In this document: positions 19,655 to 29,699 of the stretch, piece by piece
How positions within the stretch are numbered: the stretch's first letter is position 1
How the letters are laid out: each line of letters begins with the position of its first letter
NCBI GenBank assembly: GCA_030695905.1
Contig: JAUYOL010000001.1
Coordinates: 66,023-130,022, forward strand
Reading direction: 5' to 3'
DNA from: Candidatus Omnitrophota bacterium
Lineage (GTDB): Bacteria; Omnitrophota; Gorgyraeia; 2-01-FULL-45-10
DNA: 64,000 nucleotides
Notes under the pieces: model-generated
The model's database searches: none
Told to the model about the DNA's origin: nothing
Seen by the model: the letters and a program-made list of their open reading frames with translations, nothing else
Made by a program: the position numbers and the translations under genes

Positions 19655-20749
19655 ATGCGCATATTAAGAGATTACATATTAAAGGAATTTTTCCACTCGT
19701 TTTTGCTCTCAATAGTAGTATTCACATTCGCCTTCCTGATAGGTAACATCATACAGATAGCGAACCTTGTAATAAATAAGGGCGTAAACCTGCTATCGGT
19801 GATGCAGCTGTTATTCTTCATGATACCGTGGCTCTTAAGTTTCACATTTCCGATGGCGTCACTTACATCGGTAATACTTACATTCGGGAGATTTTCCAGC
19901 GACGGCGAGCTTACCGCGATGAAGGCCAGCGGAATAAGCCTTTACCGCATAGCGTTTCCTATAATAATGGTGGGGGCTATGATAAGCGCCGCGACGTTTA
20001 TATTAAATGACCAGATATCGTCAAACGCGTCTTACGCGTCGAGAAAAGTCATAAAAGAGATAGGTCTAAAAAACCCGACGGCCTATCTTGAGGCCGGTAC
20101 TTTTATAAGAGGTTTTGAGAATTATGTAATATTCATATACGATGTTAAAGGGAACAAATTCAAAAATATAAGAATATACCAGCCTCAGGAGGGCAAGCCA
20201 ACCCGCACCATAGTGGCGGAGTCGGGCGAGATAAACACTTTTCCCGAAAAAAATCTGCTGGAACTGAAACTATTTAACGGCACAAGCGAAGAACCGTCGC
20301 CTACGGATCCGGAAAATTTTTACAAATTGAATTTCAGGACCTATTATATGACGATAGACCTTGCTAAGATCCTCAAGAAAGAGAAGATAGACAAAAAAAC
20401 CCGTGAAATGACGATGAAAGAACTGCGTGTCGAGATCAAAAAAGATATAGCGCAAAAGATAGACCCGATGCCTGTGCTGGTAGAAATGTACAAAAAGATA
20501 AATATGTCGATAGCGTCGTTTGTGCTTATACTTATAGGCATTCCTCTTGGCATAAGGGCGCACAGGAGTGAGAAATCCATAGGTTTCGGAATAAGCCTTC
20601 TATTATTTGCCATGTACTGGGGGGTGTTTTTGGGCGGTATAGCGATGTCGCTGCGGGGGACGTTACCGCCGTCGATAGGAGTCTCTTTACCCAATTTTGT
20701 ATTTTTTGTGGTTGGTGTGGTGGTGTTTATATTTACAGCAAGGAGGTAG
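19655..20749 (+). CDS. LptF/LptG family LPS export permease
   Basis: MRILRDYILKEF, ELTAMKASGISL, LIGIPLG; six TM layout. Confidence 0.9.
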   Translation: MRILRDYILKEFFHSFLLSIVVFTFAFLIGNIIQIANLVINKGVNLLSVMQLLFFMIPWLLSFTFPMASLTSVILTFGRFSSDGELTAMKASGISLYRIAFPIIMVGAMISAATFILNDQISSNASYASRKVIKEIGLKNPTAYLEAGTFIRGFENYVIFIYDVKGNKFKNIRIYQPQEGKPTRTIVAESGEINTFPEKNLLELKLFNGTSEEPSPTDPENFYKLNFRTYYMTIDLAKILKKEKIDKKTREMTMKELRVEIKKDIAQKIDPMPVLVEMYKKINMSIASFVLILIGIPLGIRAHRSEKSIGFGISLLLFAMYWGVFLGGIAMSLRGTLPPSIGVSLPNFVFFVVGVVVFIFTARR

Positions 20750-20754
20750 TATTT

Positions 20755-20901
20755 ATGGGGCAGAAGAGCCGGTATCAGATAAAAAGTCAGCAGAGGCTTG
20801 TTAGGAAGAAAGCGCGGAAAAAACTTGCCGCTAAAGGCGCGAATCTCGCGGAATATTATTATGGAAAGTATTATTTAAAGCCGGAGTCTTCGGGGGCATA
20901 A
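20755..20901 (+). CDS. Small basic protein, 48 aa (absent from ORF track)
   Basis: AGGAGG RBS then MGQKSRYQIKSQQRLVRKKARKKLAAKGANLAEYYYGKYYLKPESSGA; fills lptF-trxB gap exactly. Confidence 0.65.
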   Translation: MGQKSRYQIKSQQRLVRKKARKKLAAKGANLAEYYYGKYYLKPESSGA

Positions 20902-20902
20902 C

Positions 20903-21853
20903 ATGGTAGATATTCACGATATAGTTATAGTGGGCGGCGGGCCCGCGGGCCTTACCGCCGGTATTTACGCTTCACGCGCCCGCATGAATACGCTTCTACT
21001 GGAAAAGATCGCCTGCGGCGGGCAGATATTGACAGCCGATGTAATAGAAAATTTTCCCGGGTTCCCCTGCGGTACGAATGGGCCGGACCTGGCGGACTTT
21101 ATGCTGAAGCAGGCCGAGCATTTTGGCCTTGTGATCTCTACGCGTGAAGTTGCCAAGATATTACCAAAAAGCAGCCAATCCGACCCTTTCCTGATAAAGA
21201 CGGTCGAAGGCGATGACATAAAGGCTCTTTCTGTAATAATATCCACCGGAGCTGACTGGAACGCTTTGGGCGTGCCGGGTGAGGATAAACTAAGGGGTAG
21301 GGGAGTTTCATACTGCGCGACATGCGATGGGCCGCTTTTTAGGAACAAAGAAGTAGTCGTTGTGGGCGGAGGAGATACCGCGCTGGGCGAGGCGATATAT
21401 CTGACGCGTTTTGCCAGTAAAGTTACCGTTATACACAGGCGCGACGCTTTAAGGGCAACGCGCATATTGCAGGAAAGAGCGTTTGCCAATAAAAAAATGG
21501 AGCTTTGCCTAAAGTCGGTTGTTACCGAAATAGTGGGGACCAGCCGTGTCGAAGGCGTAAAAGTTAAAAATACGGCGACTTCCGAAGAAAAAACCATTAG
21601 GACTGACGGTGTATTCGTGCTTATAGGCCTTTCACCAAATTCAGGCATGTTTAAGGATCTGCTGAAGCTGGACGAAAAAGGCTATATCATATCAGACGAA
21701 GATATGAAGACTTCCATAGATGGTATATTTGCGTGCGGGGATGTCAGGAGCAAGCCATTAAGGCAGGTTGTTACGGCCACGGGAGAAGGCGCAACCGCCG
21801 CGGTCAGCGCCCAGCATTACGTCGAGAAGCTAAAAGGAACCGATTATAAATAG
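20903..21853 (+). CDS. trxB: Thioredoxin-disulfide reductase
   Basis: GGGPAG, GVSYCATCDG, GGGDTA, FACGDV. Confidence 0.96.
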   Translation: MVDIHDIVIVGGGPAGLTAGIYASRARMNTLLLEKIACGGQILTADVIENFPGFPCGTNGPDLADFMLKQAEHFGLVISTREVAKILPKSSQSDPFLIKTVEGDDIKALSVIISTGADWNALGVPGEDKLRGRGVSYCATCDGPLFRNKEVVVVGGGDTALGEAIYLTRFASKVTVIHRRDALRATRILQERAFANKKMELCLKSVVTEIVGTSRVEGVKVKNTATSEEKTIRTDGVFVLIGLSPNSGMFKDLLKLDEKGYIISDEDMKTSIDGIFACGDVRSKPLRQVVTATGEGATAAVSAQHYVEKLKGTDYK

Positions 21854-21895
21854 CCTTGACGTCCGTCGTATTTCATGATAATTTATAACCCCTGT

Positions 21896-21970
21896 GCCGA
21901 GGTAGCTCAGTGGTAGAGCGCTGCGCTGAAAACGCAGGCGTGGGCAGTCCGATTCTGCCCCTCGGCACCA
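21896..21970 (+). tRNA. tRNA-Phe(GAA)
   Basis: GCCGAGG/CCTCGGC stem, CTGCG-CTGAAAA-CGCAG, CCA; T-loop reads TCCGATT. Confidence 0.92.
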
Positions 21971-22009
21971 TTTTTTCTTCTATTAACCCGCCAACTATTT
22001 TGAAAAACT

Positions 22010-23191
22010 ATGCAAGATAAGATAATTCAGTTAAGAAAAGGTAAAAAAGGCAGGCTCAAACCCGGCCATCCCTGGATATTCAAGGGCCAAATACTTAAGC
22101 TGACCTCATCCGTGAGGCCCGGCGATATCGTCACGGTAATAAGCAGCGAAGATGACTTTATAGGCCGCGGCTATTATAACCCCGCTTCCGACATATCTAT
22201 ACGACTGCTAACATTTAACGAAGAGCCCGTAGACAGCGCCCTTATACACAGAAAAATAAAAGAAGCGGTAGAAAAGAGGGAATTTCTAAAAGAAATAACG
22301 AACGCAAAGAGGCTTGTGTTCAGTGAGGCAGACGCGATCCCCGGACTGATAGTCGATCTTTATAATGATACGCTTGTCATCCAAATCTATACGCTTGGGA
22401 TGGAAAAACTGAGAGAAGAGGCCTTGAGCGCTCTTAAGGACGTGGTAGGTCCAAAATATATATATGAGAAAAGTGATTCACCTTTCAGGAGGATAGAAAA
22501 ATTGAAATCGGTTAAATGCTGGGTGGGCACTCCGGGGCCCGCCGAAGTCGAAATCGACGAAGCCAAGGTGAAGTTTATAGTCGATATAGAAAAAGGGCAC
22601 AAGACGGGTTTTTATCTGGACCAGAGGCGGTCAAGGCTCGCTTTGCGCGCGATAGCAAAAGGTAAAAAAGTCCTGGACCTATTCTGTTATACCGGCGGGT
22701 TTTCCATAAATGCCGCTCTGGGCGGAGCAAAAAAGGTTCTCGGCATAGACGTAAAGTCCGACTGGCTTGATTTAGCCCGCAGGAACGCCGCTCTAAACAA
22801 TGTTTCCGGCGCGATCGACCTGCAGGCCAGCGACGCTTTCAACGCTATTAAAAACATCTGTAATTCCGGTGAAAAATTTGATATCATAGTAGTTGATCCT
22901 CCATCATTCTTAAGGAGCAAAAAGGATCTTATAACCGCAGCTAAAGGCTACAAGGAGATAAATACGCTTGCGTTCAAAAGCCTGGCTGACGACGGGGTCT
23001 TGTGCACGTTCTCCTGTTCGCACAATATGCCGAATAAGATGTTTTCCGATATAGTAAAAGACGCGGCGGCCTGCGGCGGGAAAAAATTCGTTATATTAAA
23101 AAGGTGCAGGCAGGACAAGGATCACCCGATATCCAGAGAAATTCCGGAAACAGAATACTTAAAAGGATATTTCTTAAAGACGGTGCAATGA
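22010..23191 (+). CDS. rlmI: 23S rRNA m5C1962-type methyltransferase (RlmI family)
   Basis: GHPWIF PUA start, GHKTGFYLDQR, LDLFCYTGGF, DPPSF, PETEYLK. Confidence 0.88.
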   Translation: MQDKIIQLRKGKKGRLKPGHPWIFKGQILKLTSSVRPGDIVTVISSEDDFIGRGYYNPASDISIRLLTFNEEPVDSALIHRKIKEAVEKREFLKEITNAKRLVFSEADAIPGLIVDLYNDTLVIQIYTLGMEKLREEALSALKDVVGPKYIYEKSDSPFRRIEKLKSVKCWVGTPGPAEVEIDEAKVKFIVDIEKGHKTGFYLDQRRSRLALRAIAKGKKVLDLFCYTGGFSINAALGGAKKVLGIDVKSDWLDLARRNAALNNVSGAIDLQASDAFNAIKNICNSGEKFDIIVVDPPSFLRSKKDLITAAKGYKEINTLAFKSLADDGVLCTFSCSHNMPNKMFSDIVKDAAACGGKKFVILKRCRQDKDHPISREIPETEYLKGYFLKTVQ

Positions 23192-24027
23192 GCGAAGTAA
23201 AAGATAAAAAACGAAATAGCGGTGTCAGTAACGCGTTCAAGCTGTCTATGGTCGTGTTGCTTTTCGCGCTTACATTCATAAGACTTGCCTGCGCGCTGTA
23301 TTTTCCATCCATAGAAATAATTTCAGATAAAATTCTCCTGGCGATAACATTATTTATAGTTGTATATTTATGGGTAAAAGAAGTAAGGGATTACCATCGC
23401 CTGCTTAGGCTGCACAAAAATTTGCAGATTACCAACGAACAATTAAAGGCTTCCGAAATCGACACCATAGCCGCGCTGATAAAAGCCGAAGAAGAAAAAG
23501 ACGGGTATACCCGCGGCCACTCCGATAGAGTGACTAAAATTTCACTGGCGATAGCCCAAGAGATGAATCTTGATAACGAGAAGAAGAGACTTATCGAACG
23601 CGCGGGCATACTGCACGATATAGGCAAGATAGGGATATGTGATTCGATACTGTGTAAAAAAGAAAAGCTGACAGACGAAGAATGGCTCGTTATAAAGAGC
23701 CATCCGGATAAGGGCGACAAGATTCTGGAGCCGTTAAAATTTCTGCCCACCGAAAGGGATATAATCTTAAGCCACCACGAACGCTATGACGGGAAAGGCT
23801 ATCCGCGCGGGCTTAAAGGCAGCCAGATACGCATAGAGGCGCTCATATTAGCGGTAGCCGACGCTTTTGACGCGATGAATTCCGCGCGTTCTTATAGACA
23901 GCCGCTTAGCAAAGAAGTTATAACGTCAGAATTGGAAAAATCGCGGGGCACACAACATTCGGCGGAAGTTGTTGACTATTTTTTAAGACTGCTTAAGAAA
24001 AGGCCGGAACTCTGGGAGAGGCAATGA
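23188..24027 (+). CDS. Membrane-bound HD-GYP phosphodiesterase
   Basis: Two TM, YTRGHS, LHDIGK, HHERYDGKGYP; start reassigned to ATG 23188. Confidence 0.88.
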   Translation: MSEVKDKKRNSGVSNAFKLSMVVLLFALTFIRLACALYFPSIEIISDKILLAITLFIVVYLWVKEVRDYHRLLRLHKNLQITNEQLKASEIDTIAALIKAEEEKDGYTRGHSDRVTKISLAIAQEMNLDNEKKRLIERAGILHDIGKIGICDSILCKKEKLTDEEWLVIKSHPDKGDKILEPLKFLPTERDIILSHHERYDGKGYPRGLKGSQIRIEALILAVADAFDAMNSARSYRQPLSKEVITSELEKSRGTQHSAEVVDYFLRLLKKRPELWERQ

Positions 24028-24857
24028 AAAGAAGAATAGGTGAAATTTTAATGGCGAACGGCCTGATAACGAGGAAGATCCTTGACGAGGCGCTTGCTTA
24101 TCAACAGGCCCACGGAGGCAATATAACCCAATACCTGATAGCTCATGGCCATATAAAAGAGGAAGAACTTGCCAAGTGTATTTCAATTCAATTCGGATAT
24201 CCGTACCTGCCGCTAAGGGCCTATGAGATACCCGCGAGTATCGCGAAGATAGTACCCGTGGCTATAGTAAAAAAATACTGGCTCATACCGGTAGATAAGA
24301 TTCAAAATATTATAACGCTTGTCATGGCCGATCCGTTCGACGAGGACGCGCTAAACGAGGTTGAGAAGGCTACCGGGTGCAAGGTGCAGCCGTTTGTGGG
24401 CATACTGTCGGATATACTTAAGGCGATAGAAAAATATTACGGTATAAATGTCGGATATGAAGACCTGAAAAAAACCAGGGAAAAAGCCCCGCTTTTTATC
24501 GCCGAGGAAAAGTATGCCGGTGTCGAACGCAGAAGATCTCTAAGGTTACGCGCGAAGATAGCCGTGCATTTCCCGCTTCAGAATGAATATAAAAAATCCG
24601 AGACAAAAGATGTGAGCATGCATGGATTTTTGTTTGAGTCATCCAACGCGCTTCCGATAGGATCTGTGCTGGTAATGGATGTAGAGCTTCCAAAGGATAT
24701 AAATCCTTATCCGATACCCGCTATTGTAAAGGTGGCCAGAACCATAGAATTGCCAAACAAAGGTTTTGATGTAGGCGTCGAGATAATCAGGATAGCCAAG
24801 GAAGATCTGGAAAAGATTATGAACTACGCTTTGTCGCAGCAAACCGCGCAAAGATAG
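24024..24857 (+). CDS. MshEN (T2SSE_N) plus PilZ domain protein
   Basis: RIGEILMANGLITRKILDEALAYQ MshEN motif, VMADP; C-terminal RRRSLR...DVSMHG PilZ motif; no ATPase domain. Confidence 0.82.
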   Translation: MKRRIGEILMANGLITRKILDEALAYQQAHGGNITQYLIAHGHIKEEELAKCISIQFGYPYLPLRAYEIPASIAKIVPVAIVKKYWLIPVDKIQNIITLVMADPFDEDALNEVEKATGCKVQPFVGILSDILKAIEKYYGINVGYEDLKKTREKAPLFIAEEKYAGVERRRSLRLRAKIAVHFPLQNEYKKSETKDVSMHGFLFESSNALPIGSVLVMDVELPKDINPYPIPAIVKVARTIELPNKGFDVGVEIIRIAKEDLEKIMNYALSQQTAQR

Positions 24858-24869
24858 TTTATTCAATAG

Positions 24870-25328
24870 ATGTTTTATAAATTATACCAAAAAATCAGGT
24901 TATTTTTACTATACCTATCCGGCCACAAAAGACAAGTTGCGGCGGCTGTGATAGAAAAAAATTCTAAGATACTCATTGCCAAAAGAAGAAGCGGTGACAC
25001 TCTCGGCGGGAAATGGGAATTCCCCGGAGGAAAGATAGAGCCGGGCGAGACACCGGAAGAATGCCTGACAAGAGAGCTAAAAGAAGAGTTTGATGTAGAG
25101 ACAGAGGTGGAAGGCTTTTTGTTATCCACGACATTCAGATATTTTCTGATTCCCATAGAATTGCTGGCATACAAAGTTAAGCATATATCAGGCGAGTTTA
25201 AAGCGAATGAACACGACGAGATAATGTGGGTATCCCCAAACGAATTCGATAGTTATGATCTTGTCAACGCGGATAAGCCCATAGCCAAAGTAATATTAGA
25301 AGCCAAAAATACGGGATATAAAACATAA
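24870..25328 (+). CDS. NUDIX hydrolase (MutT/NudG-like)
   Basis: WEFPGGKIEPGETPEECLTRELKEEF Nudix box. Confidence 0.9.
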   Translation: MFYKLYQKIRLFLLYLSGHKRQVAAAVIEKNSKILIAKRRSGDTLGGKWEFPGGKIEPGETPEECLTRELKEEFDVETEVEGFLLSTTFRYFLIPIELLAYKVKHISGEFKANEHDEIMWVSPNEFDSYDLVNADKPIAKVILEAKNTGYKT

Positions 25329-25336
25329 AAATAGGA

Positions 25337-25543
25337 GTGAAGAATATGTGGTACTTTATTATAATCATATCGGTGCTTTATGTGGGTTTCTTTATTTGGG
25401 CTACCATAGATTACAGGAAGAAAGAAAAAGTCCAGGAAAAAGATACGGATAAGTCTGTCTGCCGTTCCGAAAACTCTCTGGATGAGTATGGCAAGAAGAT
25501 GAATACCTCGGAAACCCCCGAATGCCCGGAGCCGGAAGAATGA
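25337..25543 (+). CDS. Small membrane protein
   Basis: AGGAG RBS region, single TM; stop overlaps the pilin start. Confidence 0.55.
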   Translation: MKNMWYFIIIISVLYVGFFIWATIDYRKKEKVQEKDTDKSVCRSENSLDEYGKKMNTSETPECPEPEE

Positions 25544-25971
25544 CGAAGATCAGGCATTTAGCGCATAAAAAAGGTTTTACCCTTGTAGAAGTGCTGATAG
25601 CGGCTCTTATAATGGGAATAGGCCTTATTAGTGTTGGGGCCGCTATCTATGAACAATTCTCTTTTGTTGGCCAAATAAGGGAGAGGGTCATCGCGGACAT
25701 GGCCGCCCAGGAAGAGATCGAATATATTAGAGGGCTGCCGTTCAATACCATTATAAATTCTAATACAGCTTTCCCTAATCCTTCAAGCTTCAGTTCATTA
25801 TTAAACAATAACAATCCAAGCGTTGCCGTAGCGGTAGACAATTACCTAAGTGATCCTTCAAATAATATTCGCAGGGTTTCCGTTACTGTAAGCTGGGATT
25901 CCTTTATGGGCAGTAGATTACAAACAAACCTCGTTACTTTAGTAACGCGTAACGGTATTGACAGACAATGA
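25540..25971 (+). CDS. Type IV minor pilin (PilV-like)
   Basis: KKG|FTLVEVLIA prepilin peptidase site, hydrophobic helix, VTVSW. Confidence 0.85.
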   Translation: MTKIRHLAHKKGFTLVEVLIAALIMGIGLISVGAAIYEQFSFVGQIRERVIADMAAQEEIEYIRGLPFNTIINSNTAFPNPSSFSSLLNNNNPSVAVAVDNYLSDPSNNIRRVSVTVSWDSFMGSRLQTNLVTLVTRNGIDRQ

Positions 25972-26618
25972 TGTATATGGACCGGAAGAATAAAGGTTTC
26001 ACGATAGCCGAGATGCAGATAGCGTTGTTCGTGGCTACTATCATACTGATAGCCGCAATCTCTCTTTATATATTTTATTGGCGAGGATTTGTTACGGGCA
26101 ATACCGTTTTGGATATCTATTCTAATTCAAGGATGGCGATGGGGTGGATAGCAAAAGATGTCAGATCGGCCGCGGAGATATTGCCGCAATCCACAATTGT
26201 GTCGGGGCGCACAACTTCCGATAGCTGTATTGTTCTACAGGTACCGTCTATTGCCAATACCGGCGGCAGCGCCAGTGTTATACCGTCACAATTTGATGAA
26301 ATTGTTTATATAGTGCAAGACGGCAACCTGCAGCGTATCGTAACTCCGTACACAGCAGGGCTTACACCAAGCGTCAGGCCGCCTGAAAACCGCGCCGTAG
26401 CTCGTTATTGTAATTTGGTAACCTTTTACAAAGTAGATACCTCCACCGGTACATGGACGCCTTTATCAGGCTTTTTGGGCAGCGGCGGGAATTTATCCAC
26501 CATTAACAATATGGGCGTATCTTTGCCAATAAATGAGACTACCCTCTCTTTAAGCGGTGTAGAGACACAAAACTATTCGATAACCCCGACCATGGTATTA
26601 AGATTGCGGAATAAATAG
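25968..26618 (+). CDS. Type IV minor pilin (PilW-like)
   Basis: KG|FTIAEM prepilin site, IAKDVRSA, C-terminal LRN. Confidence 0.82.
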   Translation: MMYMDRKNKGFTIAEMQIALFVATIILIAAISLYIFYWRGFVTGNTVLDIYSNSRMAMGWIAKDVRSAAEILPQSTIVSGRTTSDSCIVLQVPSIANTGGSASVIPSQFDEIVYIVQDGNLQRIVTPYTAGLTPSVRPPENRAVARYCNLVTFYKVDTSTGTWTPLSGFLGSGGNLSTINNMGVSLPINETTLSLSGVETQNYSITPTMVLRLRNK

Positions 26619-26640
26619 GCGAGAAAGAGGTATAAAGTTT

Positions 26641-27867
26641 ATGCGTAGTAAAAAAAATAAAGGCGTTGTGCTGATTACGACCATTTTGATCGCGTCTATC
26701 CTAATAATAATCGCTATACCGTATATATCAAGAGTCGCTTCGGAATATAGGCTGATGTCAAAAATGTATAAATCAACTCTTGCTCTTAATTTAGCCGAAG
26801 CGGGTATAGAGCGGGCCATCTGGGAAATATGTTATAACAATAGCGATTTTTCGGGATGGGTGTATTCAAACGAGGCCAATATTCAAACATGGGCTATTTC
26901 AAACGCAGCGTTTAAAAACACAGCCGGCAAAACAGTCGGTTATTATGATCTTGCAGTTTCGCTTCCCGTAGGGACAACAACGCGGACAATTGTGTCCACA
27001 GCTTATGTGCCGGGTAAAAGTTCTCCGGACGCGACAAAAAAGATCACGGTCAATTATGCCGGGGGCCAGTATCATTTTACGAACGCGATTGCAGCCGCCG
27101 GTTCTAATCCAAGTATTACGGTAAGCGGCAATGTAATAGTGGATAGTTATGATTCTTCGGTCGGGCCTTATGGCAACCCGAATCAGACTAACACCAGGCA
27201 GGGTAATATACAAACCAACGGCCCCATAAACCTGACCGGTAACGCATATATATACGGTAATGCGAACCCCGGGCCAAGCTATCCATTCTCGGGCAATCCT
27301 CCGGTGTCCGGTTCTTATGCAACTTTGTCAGCTCCTATCAGTGTTAATCCCATACCTGCCGCGACTGTTAACGCCGCGCGAACGACTAATAATAACAGCA
27401 ATATTACCGTTACAAGCGATGGAAACACAACGGCCTATGCCGGCGGGGATGTTCTTAGCGTAAGCAGTAACGATATTTTGACACTCGCGGGCGGCACATA
27501 CTATTTTACTTCGATGAGTGTGTCCGGTAACGCCCAGATCAGCGTCAGCGGATCATCTATAATATACGTGGATGGCGGCAACGTATCAGTATCCGGCAAC
27601 GGGATTGTTAACAGTGGCACGCCGTTAAATCTGGCATTATATTCTACAGGCAATAATGTTACACTGTCCGGCAATTCGGCATATATCGGGACGGTATATG
27701 CGCCCGATGCTACTGTGCGGGTAAGCGGTAATGACAACTTTTATGGAGCTATTGTTTGCGGCAGCAGCGTTGATACAGGTAACGCGTCCATTCATTTTGA
27801 TTTAGCGCTGATAAACGCGCCTCAAGTCGTCGATAATGATAGAATTATTTCCTGGCTCGAAGAGTAG
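26641..27867 (+). CDS. PilX-like minor pilin with beta-helical C-terminal domain
   Basis: KG|VVLI without E5, LAEAGIERA, repeated (V/L)SGN units, GTVYAP, C-terminal SWLE. Confidence 0.82.
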   Translation: MRSKKNKGVVLITTILIASILIIIAIPYISRVASEYRLMSKMYKSTLALNLAEAGIERAIWEICYNNSDFSGWVYSNEANIQTWAISNAAFKNTAGKTVGYYDLAVSLPVGTTTRTIVSTAYVPGKSSPDATKKITVNYAGGQYHFTNAIAAAGSNPSITVSGNVIVDSYDSSVGPYGNPNQTNTRQGNIQTNGPINLTGNAYIYGNANPGPSYPFSGNPPVSGSYATLSAPISVNPIPAATVNAARTTNNNSNITVTSDGNTTAYAGGDVLSVSSNDILTLAGGTYYFTSMSVSGNAQISVSGSSIIYVDGGNVSVSGNGIVNSGTPLNLALYSTGNNVTLSGNSAYIGTVYAPDATVRVSGNDNFYGAIVCGSSVDTGNASIHFDLALINAPQVVDNDRIISWLEE

Positions 27868-27871
27868 ACGC

Positions 27872-27943
27872 CCTATCCTATAAGCACCAAACCTCTCCCG
27901 GCGTTCTTACCACTCGATATAAGCAACTATCTCCGCTAAAAAT
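27872..27943 (+). repeat. 72-bp anchor repeat, copy 1 (copy 2 at 31348-31419)
   Basis: Ungapped alignment with 11 mismatches by manual count; core ACCACTCGATATAAGCA identical. Confidence 0.85.
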
Positions 27944-28158
27944 CGTTGTAAGTTTATACTACAATCGTCGTAATGGTTTTACCTCTTAATGCGAGGTGAT
28001 CCCTAATCAATTCATGGAAATGTCCAGTGATAGGAAATGTCCACTAAACAGAGGACATTTAGATGCAGTGGACATTTAATACAACCTATCTGATCTATAC
28101 CATCGGACAGTTGTTCTATTTCATAGAACAGGCAGCATTTCCCTCTTTAAGAAAAACC

Positions 28159-28225
28159 TTGACATCAATGTTCACTAATGGTATATTGTTCAGTAATTAG
28201 TGAACATTAAAAAGGAGTGAACATT
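28159..28225 (+). promoter_or_regulatory. AbiE promoter with overlapping operator
   Basis: TTGACA-N17-TATATT overlapped by AATGTTCACTAAT...ATTAGTGAACATT and a third half-site AGTGAACATT at the RBS. Confidence 0.8.
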
Positions 28226-28912
28226 ATGAATGGCCATACAAATGGAACGAATATTTTTGCTGATAAGGCGACTTTCATTCTAAGGAAGATGCTGTCTAAT
28301 CCCGAAAAGAAGTGGGTTACGCGCGACTTTATGGGTGATGACGGGGTAAGCCTTGGAATGGCGCAGGGAGTGCTTGAAACGATGGCGAAGAAGGGCTACA
28401 TCGAGCGGGTCAAGCGCGGTCCCGATAGCTATGCGCTTCTTACGAATAAAAACGAACTCATTAGCGATTGGGTATCGGAGTATCGGTTTGACCTAAACGA
28501 AGTCGATGTTTATTATTCCCCTGATAAGAATATTCTATTGAAGCTTAAGGATTATCTGAAAGATAAACAATACGCGCTCACTCTTCATTCGGGCGCTAAC
28601 CTGATAACATCTTTTGTGGTTACAGATCAAATCGATCTGTATTTTAAGCCGGAAAACTGGAAGAAAGAGATCCTTGAGTTGCGACAACAGCTTGACTTAA
28701 AGGAGCTTGTAAGAGGCGGTAATGTCCGCATTATTTGCCCCGCGTACAAAAATAGCGTATTTTATGGGGCCCGGACAATAAAGGGATGCAAAGTTGTTTC
28801 CGGTCTACAGCTTTACCTTGATCTCTACAATTTTAAACCTCGTGGCCGCGAGCACGCGGAATATCTGAAAAAAGCATTGGAAGAGAAGGGGAAGAGCTTG
28901 TATGAATCTTGA
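28226..28912 (+). CDS. AbiEi-family (type IV TA) antitoxin/regulator
   Basis: N-terminal wHTH (VSLGMAQGVL), YALT..SGA, VS.LQLYLDL...RGREHAE C-terminus. Confidence 0.82.
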   Translation: MNGHTNGTNIFADKATFILRKMLSNPEKKWVTRDFMGDDGVSLGMAQGVLETMAKKGYIERVKRGPDSYALLTNKNELISDWVSEYRFDLNEVDVYYSPDKNILLKLKDYLKDKQYALTLHSGANLITSFVVTDQIDLYFKPENWKKEILELRQQLDLKELVRGGNVRIICPAYKNSVFYGARTIKGCKVVSGLQLYLDLYNFKPRGREHAEYLKKALEEKGKSLYES

Positions 28913-29699
28913 GAAAATCGAAGCCGTATTTTTTAGTGTGCTTGAAGATATCAGCGGTTATCTTCCGGATCTCACGCTTGTCGGAGGATGGATGCCGTAC
29001 ATCTATTCAAATTTTCTTTGGAAAACATCCGTAAAAAATCCAGTAACCACGGTTGATATTGATTTTGGCGTGGATCAATCCGTTACCGGAGATTATTCAA
29101 AGACAATTTTTGAAACGCTTTCCCCTTTGGATTACAAAGAGCGTCATTTTAAGATGGATAGGCCGTTTCCTGTAGTGCTCTATAAAGAAAAGGTTCCGGT
29201 AGAGTTTATTACTTATCCTACCGTCGATATTAAAGCGATCGAGAAGATGGTGGGTCAGCAAATACAGATAAACAAGATCGATAAATTTGATTTTCTATTA
29301 AAACACCGGATCTCGATAAACGTTCAGGGTAAGCAAAAGAACAAAAGCTATCTTATCAATTGCCCAAGCCCATCGGCTTTTTTGTATCACAAGGGAGCGA
29401 CTTTTATTTATAGGGAGAACGAAGAGAAGCGGGCTAAGGATTTGTACTACATGTACTTCATCTTGCGGTACGCGCCTGACATCGATGCTATTTTGAAGGA
29501 AGTATCCCAGTACAGAGAAAAAGGGCATTTAATGGATGTGCCGGATAATATAAATAAGTTCTTCGAAAGAGTTTCAAGTCAAGGGTGCCTTTTGATAGAA
29601 GAGGAAAACGGCCCCGATGAATACATTCATGATGTTCGGCAGGACATATTTGATAGATTTAATGGGCTGAAGGAAGCATTAAAAGGGATCGGCAAGTGA
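28902..29699 (+). CDS. AbiEii-like nucleotidyltransferase toxin
   Basis: LVGGW, TVDIDF, HKG...REN..KRAKDLYY; coupled to AbiEi. Confidence 0.8.
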   Translation: MNLEKIEAVFFSVLEDISGYLPDLTLVGGWMPYIYSNFLWKTSVKNPVTTVDIDFGVDQSVTGDYSKTIFETLSPLDYKERHFKMDRPFPVVLYKEKVPVEFITYPTVDIKAIEKMVGQQIQINKIDKFDFLLKHRISINVQGKQKNKSYLINCPSPSAFLYHKGATFIYRENEEKRAKDLYYMYFILRYAPDIDAILKEVSQYREKGHLMDVPDNINKFFERVSSQGCLLIEEENGPDEYIHDVRQDIFDRFNGLKEALKGIGK

